Below, piece after piece: positions 11,758 through 25,296 of a DNA stretch of 64,000 nucleotides; positions within the stretch are counted from its first letter, which is position 1; every line of letters begins with the position of its first letter. The position numbers were made by a program, and so were the translations under genes. Below the pieces are notes generated by a model. That model was not told the origin of the DNA and did no database searches. It was given only the letters and a program-made list of their open reading frames with translations. Source of the DNA: Antedon mediterranea (taxonomy: Eukaryota; Animalia; Echinodermata). The stretch is from NCBI RefSeq assembly GCF_964355755.1, contig NC_092677.1:1200101-1264100 (forward strand), given 5' to 3'.

Positions 11758-13474
11758 AGAGAGAGAGAAAATAAATATAGTTTAATTTAAAACGAACTTA
11801 CAGAACATATCCAAACAATTAGACTAAATAGAACAACCCTATATTCAACAGATTAGAAAACGGAAATCACAATGCCATGTTAGAATGATAACTAACCAAA
11901 CAACTTAGAAATAACGTATTACTCAGACATGAGTATATTTTGTGGCTACCTAACCGAATAAACCAATAGTCGTAATATATAGAGTAGTCTGGGTTCCAGA
12001 CGGAGTTTTGTCTTAATATTAGTTAAAAGATAAATATTTTGGCACATATGGCGTTTCATACGTATACTACTTGATTTTGGATACTCCGTCTGGGGAAACA
12101 CGCACAAGTCACGTGGTTTGACACCAAGAATTCTTGGTGCATACGATTATCCGGTTGACTAGTTTCAGCTGCATGCGATTGGCTACTCTCTCGTACACTG
12201 TTTAAATATTCATATTTAAGAATTTCAAAGACTCAACAACTAAGATGATGCGCATGCGCTATGTTACGTTTAGACAATGTGTACTTGGGTACATTTATGA
12301 AAGTTCTGAAGGCTAGAAATTATTTTATATGCCTAGTAGTCTGGTAAACATTTGATGGGATCTTTGAAACATAAAAACTCGTCTTGATATATGATAGGCT
12401 AGCTTCTCCGCAAATCAAACATTGAATGGATCATTTATTACGCGGAGATAATTTTGATTTAATTCCCACCCAGACCCTGTCCTGTTCTGTGTGGTGGTGT
12501 AGCCCTGTTGTGTGCCGGTGGTATGTAGGCCTACTTCATTGGCGTTTTATTTGGCAGGTCATACGTGCGAGTTGAGTAGGACCTACGAAAGAGGCCTAGG
12601 CCAAGGACTAAACAATTATTTAATAAACAAAACAACTTGGCATTACTATTTTATATTTCAACAGTCTCGATAGTACATTAAGCACTGGTAGGCCTACGTA
12701 CTCGATCTCTTTCATTTTGAAACAAAATGATCATTGGTTGATTCGAAATCCATATTTACATACCGCCCGCCCCATATAGCCAAATACGGTATGATAACCT
12801 ACGTCATTCTTATCGTATGTTTGCGGTCTGCAAATCGATTTCTATACGTGTTTCACAAGTCTGTATTTTCAGACAAAAATCGCGGTCGAAATAAAAACAA
12901 ATAAATTAAAAAAAAAGATAATACAGACTTGGGGCAAGTCTATATATAGAGTTGCGATTCTAAAAGATGACAACATTTTCCTACACGATAATGAACTAGT
13001 CCACCCCGCCCCTCGTTCTAAGTTTATATGTAGGCTACTGTTACACGTAAGCTTCCAACTTTAGAAATTACTTAGTGCTGGCCCAAATCATTATGTTATA
13101 CGTAAGCTTTCAATTTTTAAAAATTGCTTAATGTTAGGTCAAAACATTATGTCGTATGTGCAATTTTCCCACTCAAACTCACAATATACCAGGTAAACTT
13201 TATGTTTTTGCTTTGTTATTAAAATACATGGGAATTTTGAAAGTTCATTAGCTTTGTTTTGTTTCGTCTTTATTTTCAAAATAACTGTATAATAATGAAA
13301 TGATATAAATAATAATAATTCGATATTTTTATCAGTAATAATCTTTGACGATGCAGCTAGAATTTTTCTAAAAAGATCATATAAAATAATTCTTAAATAA
13401 AAATAATGTTCTTTTAAAGCAAAACAATCTTACCTTCATTTAAAGGCAAACATTCAATTAATATCCAAAAGAAA

Positions 13475-13665
13475 ATAAATCGAAGTAATACATCCATAGG
13501 CAAACTGGTAAAATAAAATCCAAGTAATATATCCACAAGCAAACTGGTTAAATAAAATCCAATATATCCACTGGGTTCACTGGCAAACTGGTAAGATAAA
13601 TCCAAGTTATCCACAGGCAACCTTGTAACATAAAAAGTAGTATATCCACCGGTAAAATGGTATCA
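13475..13665. repeat. Degenerate approx. 39-bp tandem repeat (ggcaaactggtaaaataaaatccaagtaatatatccaca)
   Basis: 4-5 imperfect direct copies. Confidence 0.6.
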
Positions 13666-14204
13666 TATTGGCTTCTTGAATCCAATGACAAATCCACATA
13701 CAAATTGTGAACTTGAATCGAAGTACTGTACCGCTTGTTGGTCCTCTTGATTATGCTTACTGAAAATAACCAGGTAAGCCAAGCCTTTGTGGTAGACATC
13801 TGTTTATGCAAATGAACAACGCAGTTCGAATACTATAAAGTATGTTAACCTGAGAAACACTGGATTCTCTGTAAATAAATGTTTGATGTGCAATGATCGT
13901 TTTCCAGTCTGTCTGCGGCATCTTGCGGAAGATCGAAAATTATAGAGAAATCATGGTACACGTACCATGATGAGGAAGGCATCGCCAAGACCTTCAACAA
14001 TAATTAAAAACCTTTCTGACCTTTGATCCGAAATTCATAAACACCCTAGACCCCAAGTAGACATTAACTTATTATTTTAAGGGTATTGTATCTTAAAATA
14101 GTAAACTACACTTTTGGTATCCAATAAATTGTCTGGGTGTCTCCTGAATTGGTGATGGCCGTAAAATGTATTTGGAGGAAAGTGTCTTGACAGTGTTTGA
14201 TATA

Positions 14205-14456
14205 GAATAGGGGTGTCCCTTTAATAGGATGTCTCTTTAATATGGGTGTCATTTTAATTGGGTGTCCATTTAATAGGTGTGTGCTTTTATTAGGGTTTCC
14301 CCTTAATCGGGTATCCCTTTAATAGGGGTGTATTTTTAATAAATGTGTCATTTTAATAGGAGTACCCCTTTAATAGGGGTGTCCCTTTAATAGGGGTGTC
14401 CCTTTAATAAGGGGTGTCCCTTTAATAAGGGGTGTCCCTTTAATAATGGTGTCCCA
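14205..14456. repeat. 18-19-bp minisatellite (taataggggtgtcccttt)n
   Basis: About 13 imperfect direct copies. Confidence 0.8.
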
Positions 14457-15371
14457 AAGAAGGGCTTCTACAGCACTAGCACATTGGCACTAGAAAGTTC
14501 CTGAGTGTTCTTACATTGATACATTCAAGAAAATCAGGAGAGTGTACCGACTAGGTACATTTATAAATAAACCAGGAAAGACATTTCAGATAGCACGCGA
14601 TACCTAATAAGAACTATTTTATATGTTATATATGGTTATTTTTTTGTTTAGTTGTTATAATTGGCATAAAGTGTCTTTTGTAAATGTGTCAAAGACAACG
14701 ATCCGTATGATACCTTATGAAAACAACAACGTGCATGTTTACATATCAGTGATTTCACAACAGTGTAATGCGGGACCAACTTGAAATGTAACAGTACAGT
14801 TGGTGTTTATTATTTCATTTTTATTATACAAATTTAATTATTCATGAATGTTATATAAAAATGTCAACGCTTTCATATTTTGCAAGCATAGTCTTGCACT
14901 GTCTTCTTTTTTTTCAGATTAAAACAATATGCCTTTTCACTGGAAAATTCCTTAATAAGTAAACATATAATATTACTACACAGGTACATGTGTATATATA
15001 CACAAGGTTTAGTGGTGAAAACAATGGCAGTATTCAAGATTGCTTTCTTATGCTATTTTGTTGACTAAATGGAGTCTGGAACACATTAATTCAAATAGTA
15101 CCACAAATGTCTTGCAAGAGGCGCTCAAAACAGAGATCTAGCAAGGCAATCTAAGTTGATTTATAACCGTTGTGTACAGTGGATGAATTATATCTTACAA
15201 ATCAGGAATAAATTTGTGACTATGCAGATGAGCGCGTTCTAACAAGTAATTATTGAATCACTACATTGCTTATAATGGGTTTACTCTAACAAGCCTAACT
15301 AGTTTAATAATAATATTTATAAGGATGTGTGTATGAAATTGACGTATGACAACTAGGCCTCCTGTTAGGAA

Positions 15372-18300
15372 ATGTTTCCAGAAAATAAAGATATCTGTTT
15401 GGTTAGCATCCTCCTTCATGGTAAGTACAGAGTGACCAATTGCACTATCTTACGAATGTTTGATAACACCCTTGGTTAGTTATAGCCACTCGATGCTGGA
15501 ACACGGTAATAAATGGGGCAGGATTTTGTGAACAGAGCATTACAGTAAGATTACACATCACCTCTATAGGGTTACATTTCATGGAATGTTCACTATTTTT
15601 CGTACAATGTTATGCAGGACTTCCAGATCAGAATCCTCAAATATCTGCCTGAGTATATTTCGCGACGTGCTGTCGGCCGTATTTTTAAAATTTTGTTTCT
15701 ATAAAATATATCCTTTAGAATTGTTTGTACAAGATAAACAGTGATGTATAGAGGATACATTTTTCAATAATATTTTGTTTTTAATTTAGTTTTATTCTGC
15801 ATTTGTTATGGAGTGTCTGTAAATATCAACAACTTAGATGATGTACACGAAGGCTCTGACACAAGAATGACATGTGCATATACAAGAGACAGTAGTACTA
15901 GTTCAAGTGACCCTATTGTGACATGGAATAAAATCACAAATGGAGTAGCAGATACAATATCAGCAACTCAGAGTGGATCTACAATCATAGAACCTTCATA
16001 CCAAGATAGATTTGACGTTGATAGAGATGATGATAGAATTCTTGTGATTACTAACACTTTGCGAATTGACAATGGCACATACCAATGTGAAGTTGTTATA
16101 TTTGATGACCCACCTGTTGATGATGATACTGTGACATTAAATGTGATATGTACGTATACGGTTAAATTCAAATATTTGTATACAGATACAAACGGTGTTA
16201 TTACTTCACATTGTATAGTCATTAGTAGAGTTTTTAATTCTTTATAATATAGTTTTAAAATATTTCAATTTTATAGTACTGTATTTATTTTTTAAATATA
16301 AAAATATTGTTTAGGCCTATATTCACTAGATCGGTACCCAATATATTGCTTTGTTTAATTTCAGTGTCAAATAACTGTTCAAATCACGCTTGTTCTAATA
16401 GAGGTGTTTGTACCCCATCTTCTAGTTCTACGGGATACACGTGTTCTTGTGCATTGTGTTTCTTTGGACAATTTTGTGATTTTTTCACTACCGGTAAAGT
16501 ACTGTAGATAACAAACCAAATTATACATTAATCCTTTTTAATGATCAAGAAAGTATATAAAACTCGATTTGTTCAAGTTTGCTTGAGTCGTACGTTAGAA
16601 TACAAATTAAAATGTTTTACTGGAACAATATGTGAAAATACAAATTTAATTCATGTACTTTACAGTATAAAATCATGTTTGTAACTAGAATACATTTACT
16701 ATTATCAGTGTCAAATGCTTGCTCCAAAAACCCATGTCAGAATGGAGGTGTATGTAACGCTGTTGGTAGTTCCTGTATTTTATTCTCATGTACCTGTCCA
16801 TCCTGTTTTAGTGGAGTATTCTGTGAAACTCGTAAGTTCTATATCTGTCTACTTGCCTTTAACACAGTTCAAATAGAAATGTAATCGTGTATTTTGCAGT
16901 ATAAAAAACATTTTTGTAGCTCAAAACCCTGAAAATAGTTTTCATGCGGTAATCGAAAATGATCTCTCGTCGCACTGCTAGTGTAGCTGCTGCAACAACA
17001 CTCACCAACCATGTAGCCGCACCTACGACGTACGTAAATAAAAACTTTATAATATATATGTTGCTTATGTTACTGAAATATTTATTTTTTGACATCCAGC
17101 AATGTACATATTATACAGGTTTAATTGTCCAGTATAAAAGCATTTTTGTAACTCGGATGCATTAATTTATTATTATCAGTGTTAAATGCTTGCTCCAGTC
17201 ATGGTTGTCAGAATGGCGGTGCCTGTGTCCCGGTTTCTGGTTCCTGTTCAGAATACACGTGTACCTGTCCATCATGTTCCAATGGAACATTCTGTGAAAT
17301 TGGTAAGTGTGTGTCTGCTTGTCGTTTTCATAGTTAACACACAAATTCATGTATTTTACAGAATAAAAGAATTTTTGTAACTCGAATAGTGCCATTGCCC
17401 TTGCCATTGCCCTTGCCCTTGCCCTTGCCTTTGCCCTCGCCCTCGCCCTCGCCCTCGCACTCGCACTCGCCCTCGCCCTCGCCCTCACCCTCGCCCTCGC
17501 CATCGCCGTCGCCGTCGACGTCGCCCTCGCCCTCGCCCTCGCTCTCGCCGTCGCCGTAGCCGTCGCCGTCGCCGTCGCCATCGCCATCGCCATCGCCATT
17601 ATTATTATTATTATTATTATTAGGATCAAATGCTTGCTCAAGTCATGGTTGTCAGAATGGAGGGTCATGTAACACTGTTGCTGGTTCATGTTCAGAATAC
17701 ACGTGTACCTGTTCATCATGTTTTAATGGAACATTCTGTGAAATTGGTAAGTATGTATTGTGTCTTCTTCATTGTCTTTTTTGTTTCACAGTTCAAATAC
17801 AAATTCAATGTTCTATCGTATATTAACTCGAACATTCATTTTTTCAGCCTCAGATGCTTGCTCCAACAACCCATGTCAGAATGGAGCTGAATGTGTCCCG
17901 GCTGCTGGTTCATGTACACACACATGTACCTGTCCATCATGTTTTACTGGAACGTACTGTGAAAATTGTAAGTTCTATAAAATATATCTGCTTGTCTTGT
18001 CTAATATAATGAAGTTTGTTACAGTCTATATATTTACGACGTTTACATTTTTCTTTCTTCTATTTTCTGTAATCTGAATATTTTCTTTCTATTTAATACC
18101 AGTGATGAGTGTTTGTTCGAGCCACGATTGTCAGAACGGCGCTACCTGCAACCAGCATTCCTGTACAGAACACACATGCACCTGTCCTACTTACTACAGT
18201 GGAACGTTCTGTGAAACTTGTAAAGTTCTATGTTTGTCTTCTTTTGTCAAATAGTTGTTTTAAGATGTGATAATAACACCCTACAGCCTCTCGTTGCGAA

Positions 18301-21300
18301 ACGCATCGACATTTTTCCAAAAAGTTTAACGTTCAACAGTCAGTACATTAGTTGTAAAATCCTGATGTTTCCAAACATGCATATTTTTTTGCGTGAGTAG
18401 CGCACAATTCCATAAGCCAACTCGATATTTTGTATGCAATATAAATTCTTTGTGTCAAAACACGTGACAGGGCTCAATACGTATGATGCTGATTCACATT
18501 TCACATTTGGAGCAAACTGCTACTGCTCCACTGGCTTTATCCGTTGCATACAGTTTTTGTTAAATGCAATAATATAGTTTTAAAATTCCCAGTCAGACTG
18601 GCACAATTAGTATAACATGTATGTACAATCCCTTTCATCTTGTCTCCAAGATGTACTGTAACTATCATTTTAACAAACAAGATATTCTAAAGAAGATACA
18701 TTTTTAAAGATATTTTCCAAATATAAAGAAAAGCATGACCAACTTGCAGTTTAAAGTAACAACTTATGGATAAAGCCATTAACAGATATTATGTTAATAC
18801 ATTGGGAGATCAACACTAGTCACCCTAAATGGTCTGCATTTATGCACAAATGTATATCTAGCTGCTCATCTGCCAGTCATGATAACCTTCGATCAACCAA
18901 TGTGACATAAAGTAATGCAAATAGTTAGAGAAAGAAAACTGTAATTTTTCGTCAGACTCATTAGATTCTTAAGAGCTTTCTGGGAAAGCTTTTCTAAGCT
19001 GTGGCTGTATCATTAGATGATATAACTTGTTAGGCACGATTGTACAATTGTCTGGAAATTTTAAGAGACCTTTGTGGTTTATTTAATGACACTAAGTGTA
19101 AGGTATTTCATTATAGTCGTGATAAATCAATGACTGGTAATTTATTACATGAGGTAAAGCAGGAGAAAGATCTGGTGTTACCTTTAATCCTGGTTTAATC
19201 TTTAATTTGCATGTAGTGGATATTTGTAAAAGGGCTAATAAGAAATTAGGAATGATTTATAGATCATTTAAATTCCTGAATAAAGATAGAAGCTGTATAA
19301 GTCTATTGTCAGGCCAACGCTTGAATATTGTAACACTGTATATCCTATTAGAAAGCGAGATCAGGATTTATTAGAGAAGGTTCAGCAAAGAGCTACAAGA
19401 TTAATTCCTGGGTACCGTAACATCCCTTATGAACAACGTTTGAGAATTCCTGGTCTTCCCACTCTTAGATATCGAAGGCAGAGAGCGGATATTATCCAAG
19501 TTTTTAGAATTGTAAAAGGTTTCGATCGTATTTCGATCAATACATTTTTTAAATTTGATCCAGACTCTCGTACCCGGGGACACCCATATAAACTCAAGTT
19601 TAAAAGCTCTCGTCTTAATATAAGGACGGACACGTTCTCCAGGAGAGTTATTCTATTATGAAATGCTCTGTCTACGGATGTAGTTTCATGTGCTACTGTA
19701 AACTCGTTCAAAGCAAAACTTAACGTCGCATGGTCCAACCACCCGCTGAAGTTTTTACCTTATATTGAATATGATTTTATCGTCAAGAGGGGCTTTTAAG
19801 CACTGAGTGCTTCGCCTCGATCCCGTAGACGAAAGTGTACGGAAAACAAGTTAATTGGGAGCTCATATATAACATCTACAGTATGCTTTCATACCAGCAG
19901 CTGTTCATGGTCAAATGTCAAAAGTGGAAGGCTATATCTCTAACTGGAAATGCTGAAAGACAAATTTCAAGATACATAGGGTTTTCTCTATTGTGGTCAT
20001 GTCTGAAAATTGATTTGTCACCATTCTTTGTATGTATCTTGTATTGTATGTATGGAAATTTGTCATTCAGGCATATTGGCACAGTTTTATACTGTGTCTA
20101 TATCTGGAGACACAATGGTACATCCTCATCTCGTGCCATCATCATATGATACATAGCTGCATCCACTAAGAGCTTTAAAATATACAGCTCTCTTTAAAGG
20201 TTATGCACATCTTCAAATCTCTACCCACCATTATATCCACTATAACCTAGAAGGCTCCTGAAAGGATAAAATCCTCCAAGTCTGATTATTGTGACTGGTA
20301 GATGAGCAGCTAGATATACATTTTTAGAGTACCGTTGTATAAACTGTTGAAATGTTATTTAATCGGCAGCATTTGAAAGGAAAAGTAATTTAACAATATT
20401 TATTGTTTTATTCTCTTTCTACACATAAACACAGATTTAGGTCCGACTTCAGATGACTCAACGAGTCTTGCTCTCGTATTTGTGTTTGTTGGAACTGTCA
20501 TTGGCATTATTTTCACACTTTTAATTTTTTGTTTGATCCGAAAATTGATAATGCCAAGTCCACTACAGGTAAGATGCATTAAAAAATAAAAGAAGTTAGG
20601 CCAGGTTGTATTGAGATGTATGCATTTGAATATCAAATTAAACTCAATATTATAGTACTGTATATATTAATATTAAATTGTTGTTTCTTTTTCATGTTAT
20701 TTAAGGTACAAAGACCCGAAAATGACAATCAAACAGGGGTAATTAAATTGAATATTTCTATTTAGCAAACATCATCTTCAATATCAAATTAAACTCAATA
20801 TTATAGTACTGTATATATTAATATTAAATTGTTGTTTCTTTTTCATGTTTTTTAAGGTACAAAGACCCGAAAATGACAATCAAACAGGGGTAATTAAATT
20901 GAATATTTCTATTTAGCAAACATCATCTTCAAAAATATATCATTTCTATTTCTTAACTATAATTGTAAATCATATTACATCAAAAACAAATACGTCATTA
21001 TTGTCCTACATGAAAAAAAAACCAGCGTATACCGAGAATTATTTGAAAACTTAGGAACTATGGAATTTATTAAGTATTTCATTAAAATCTCTTCCTAATC
21101 TACCTTTGTTCAAATCTAACCTAAAAAAGTCTTTTGTCGCAGCATATGGCAGCTAAATCTCCTGTTATTGTTCTTCTTGTTTCCTTTCTTCTTCGCTTAA
21201 TTGAATTGAATACCTTATCATATTGTTCATCTTGTAATTGTACTATTGTCTTAGCAATTTATGCTTCTGTATTTTTAATGTAAGCCGGACTGCTATTGTA

Positions 21301-21621
21301 TACCTTCATTATTTTTTTTTAACTGGTGGTCACGACTTAAAGTTTTCCGCAACTTATTTTGACCTCCATCCGCACATTTTAGATGTTTTTCTTGTTTATT
21401 GTAATTTTGTTTTTGCAATTTTTAATTTTTATCTTTTATTTTAAAATGTGTGGAGAAACTAATAAACAAACAAACAAACAAACTTTAACCTTTTGACATT
21501 TTGTTATTACAATATCTAAGAAAATAGATGAATTACTTTTTAGATACCTGTGTACAATGAGATACAGACACAAGACAAAAGGAACACAGTTGTATATGCG
21601 AATAAGATTTACGAAACATAA
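15372..21621 (+). CDS. Gene B: IgV + six EGF-like repeats type-I membrane receptor with Tyr-containing tail
   Basis: Exons 15372-15420 (MFPENKDICLVSILLH + VLFCICYG), 15790-16149 (V, DNGTYQC), EGF 16365-16493, 16709-16831, 17180-17302, 17624-17746, 17848-17967, 18103-18219, TM 20435-20568 (SLALVFVFVGTVIGIIFTLLIFCLI), 20706-20738 and/or 20857-20889 (VQRPENDNQTG), 21544-21621 (IPVYNEIQTQDKRNTVVYANKIYET*). Frame open throughout. Confidence 0.85.
17390..17622. repeat. Compound microsatellite (GCCCTY/GCCRTC)n followed by (ATT)n
   Basis: Hexamer run drifting gccatt>gccctt>gccctc>gccgtc>gccatc, then att repeats up to the splice acceptor at 17623. Confidence 0.9.
18849..20322. mobile_element. Probable non-autonomous DNA transposon hosting a CR1 fragment
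   Basis: 37-bp inverted repeat aatgtatatctagctgctcatctgccagtcatgataa (18849-18885) versus ttattgtgactggtagatgagcagctagatatacatt (20286-20322); TSD not resolved. Confidence 0.5.
19048..19851 (+). mobile_element. 5'-truncated, internally deleted CR1-type LINE, same family as 58094-62345
   Basis: Near-identical to 61545-62340 including the 3' end gacgaaagtgtacggaaaacaagt; its first 30 bp match 60298-60330; frameshifts and stops present. Confidence 0.9.
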
Positions 21622-22544
21622 ACTTAAAGTTTTGAAGGATTTTATCTAATTATTTAAATGGACACAAAAGTAGGTTTTGTAATGTGTTATCGGTTTTCCG
21701 AAACCAACCGGACATTTATTACATATAATAGTAGTAAAAACTTGATTGGTTCTTGTACTATACAGGTTTGTTAATAATAAACAATATAAAAAGGTGATAA
21801 ATTGATTCACATTCAGTTGGAGATGTGTGATACCTTACTCTACATATGCGCGGATTTTTGTAAAATAATAATAATAAAAATAATAATATGACAATTTTGT
21901 TTATAAAAATAAGGAATAATTAACTTGCTTCTATCATTCCATCGGATCAATTTGTTTTTAAATGTCCTGTATGTCTATTGTCTTCTTACGCCAAGATATA
22001 GTTCGAAGTACATGTGCTTTTTCGTCTGAAAAACGGGTTTTTCTCGATATACTTTTATTATTCAAATCTTTTAGAAAAAAAAAGCATCATAATGAAGGTC
22101 CATTTATTTTTATTTTGTAAATATTCCGTGAGACTCGACCACAAAACCACGTTTTATGGTATATGATGTCTTCTTATCGTATGTGATTACGCTTACTTCG
22201 TCTGCTATTCACCATGATTCACCTTGCAAATGAATTTTAACAATGAGCCTTATTATTTAAGTATGTGTACTCAACCAATCCAAATCTTGAAATTATTGTA
22301 AGAAATATAATAACACTTTTAAAAAACTTTTTTGAAATTAGTTATTACTTATATTCTTTTCATATTTCGAAGTTCATATTCCGGGCATCTAGCAACTCTA
22401 TTTTTCAAAATTATTAGCTATTCATTCAATGTAGAAATTATAACTTGCCAACCATTATGAGTAGTTTATTTGTTATAATTTAGTTAATAAGAACATTATT
22501 ATAATTAGTAAGAAAATATATATCATATAGTAGTAAATGGTTAA

Positions 22545-24085
22545 GGTTAGTAGCACCATACATTGCTTATCCATTGTGTCATATTGTGAATCTCTCTCTC
22601 ATGTCTGGTCTTGTCTCAGCTGATTGGAAAGTAGCAAGGATAACTCCTATATATAAAGAGGAAAGGGTAGTAAAGACAGCATGAGCAACTACAGACCAAT
22701 ATCTGTCGTTGCTCATATCGCAAAGATTATTGAGAAAATGGTCCAGGAACAAATCATTTCTTTTCTTAGTTTGTTTGATTTAATTAACATTGATCAATTT
22801 GCCTTTTTGAAAAACCATTCTACTGTAACATGCTTGCACAGAACAGTTGATGATTGGTTAGAAAGTTGTAATGACTCAGAGGTCGTCGGCGTTTGTTTCT
22901 TAAATATATCCAAGTGCTTTGACACGATAGATCACTCAATTTTGTTATTTAAGCTTTACAAATATGGTTTCCATGAAAATGTTGTTTACTGGTTTAGTAA
23001 TTACTTAAAAAACAGATACAGTTTGTGTACTGTAACAATAACAAATCTACACTTAAAGAAATCAATATCGGTGTTCCACAAGGAAGTGTCCTGGGACCCA
23101 TCTTGTTTCTCATTTTCATAAATGATATTTCGCAGTCTATAGTATATGGAACTTGCAGCATTTTTGCTGATGATGTTGTGGTTTACACCTCAGGTGATAC
23201 TGCTAAGATAGTAAATGATTCATTACAAATAATTATTGATAACATTGATAAATGGTATGATGACAACCACCCCACCTCTCTATAAATACTGGAAAAAACA
23301 AAGGTTATGTTACTAAGAAACAATCATACAGCTGACAGTAATGATTTAAATATACAAATTGGAACCAGTAAATTAGAACAAGTTGATAGTATAAGGTATC
23401 TTGGAGTCGTAATCGATGAAATGTTAACTTGGAAACAAAAAAAATGGCTAGTAGTTTAAGTAAACCGTTACTAGAAACTCTATATATAAGTACAATTTAG
23501 CCTTGTAGTGATTATGCTATAACAGTCTGGGGAAATACGACAGAGTTAAACAAAAATATTTTAAAGCGACATCAAAAAAGAGCTGCTCGAATTGTAACAA
23601 CCAACTTTGATTATATTAATGTAAGGGGTGACGACATCATCCAGAACCTGTCGTGGCAAACTCTTGAAGAGAAACGAGATTTCTCCCTAGCATGTCTAAT
23701 GTATAAATGTGTTTACGGCCTTGCGCCAATTAGATTAGTAAATGAAATTGAACTGATTCGCGCGATATTCACACCCACTTAACACGTGGTGTAGAACATT
23801 TGAATGTAACAATACCTAAATACACCCTTAATAAAATGAATTCGTCCTTTAAAGTTGCAGGCGCAAAAATATGGAAAAGTTTACCAATTAATATTAAATC
23901 GGCACCAACAATTACGTCCTTTAAGGCTAGATACAAATCTCTTTTCTTTTCATAAACACTGTATTATATTTAATTAAGTTTCTCTTTTGTATATAGTGAT
24001 TAAGACAGGACCACAATGTAAAACAGATACACTGTTATCTGATTGTTTTATCCTGTATCAATTTATTTATTATTAGTATTATTAT
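22545..24085 (+). mobile_element. Degenerate 5'-truncated LINE (CR1/L2 group) reverse-transcriptase fragment
   Basis: Frameshifted ORFs with NYRPISVV, SKCFDTIDH, GVPQGSVLGPILFLIFINDI and FADD; (tat)n-like 3' tail. Different family from the 58-kb element. Confidence 0.85.
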
Positions 24086-24202
24086 AGCTTAACGATTAAT
24101 ATCGTTTAGTATTCCTATCATGTCACCGTCGTCATCAACAATTATTATAATCATTACTATCTTATTGTTTGTGCGATCAAATCACTTTTGTATATTCATC
24201 AT

Positions 24203-24290
24203 GGAGGGGTATATGACTTATATGGACAAGAAGAAATAGACCATACGTACCAAGATTTGCAGATGAAAACCAACAATCAAGTTAAAAAAC
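24203..24290 (+). pseudogene. Relic terminal exon of the Tyr-motif tail
   Basis: tatatgacttat...catacgtaccaagatttgcagatgaaaaccaacaatcaa = YMTY...HTYQDLQMKTNNQ; frameshifted, no AG acceptor, second Tyr lost. Confidence 0.7.
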
Positions 24291-25296
24291 AAATATATAT
24301 CCATGTTTAGATATAGAAAAAGTTAATAGGATATCACAATAACACGAGTCAAGCTGTGGGCTAATAAATTTCAAAAGAAAAAAATTAATTATTTTGAAAT
24401 GAATAAAACACAGACATAGGCCTATTCCTATACAAATAAAAAATAAATTTTAAATCTGAAACTAAATCATGATTTTTTATAGGTAATTTATAAACAAATT
24501 TTCGATATTACTTGTCATATTATTTATTTAATCTTAAAGTAATGTGCATCTTACAGTGCTTTCATATTACCTGAATATTAGAACCAATCTGTTATGTTAT
24601 GTAAATCAAATAAATTTGAGTTGAAGATATTTGTTGTTATGTGAATTTATAATTGCTTTCTTATTTTTATTTTTCATTTCATGAATAAATATCCTCGTTT
24701 GTAAAATTAAAATATATATATATATATTGAACAGTGTTCTCTGTTTCATTTAGAGATGTATTGTCCCTACAATGATTGTGTTTTGTAGTTTTAATAAAGC
24801 TTCTACTTCCGTAGAAAAAAAAAGAAAAAAAAATGTTTGCACTTATACAAATTAAAATAAATTCGAATCAATTTTTGTTCAAAGTGGATAGCTATTATGT
24901 GACATTAAAATGACATATTCAACAACAAATTAAGAATTACTTTTTCAGGGGGAAAATACCTTTAAGGACAGTAAATCGTGATTTTTGTCGCCCTCTCTAT
25001 CAGCTCTCACCTATTATATTTAAAAATCGTCACACCCTTATTATTAGCAATTGCAATCGAGTCATCGCGTTCAACTAAACTCAGTTAAACCGCATTCAGC
25101 TGCATACACAATTTACAGGTTTGTTTATTTTTTTCTCCTAATTACTATACAGAAATGTATAATTTATATCATGATTCAACGTCCAAATGTATATAGTTAA
25201 CAATCAGTATTCTATAATGTACGATAGATTGCAACAGAAGTGAAATGGTTATAAGATTTAAGATTGTATAAATATTCTGATTTGCATTCTTTACAG

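Noticed and set aside
16980-17035. Thr/Ala-rich candidate stalk exon in gene B (AAATTLTNHVAAPTT)
   Set aside because: Weak acceptor and no homologue elsewhere in the window.
17162-17719. 185-aa Ala/Arg-repeat ORF on the minus strand
   Set aside because: Translation of an intronic hexamer microsatellite.
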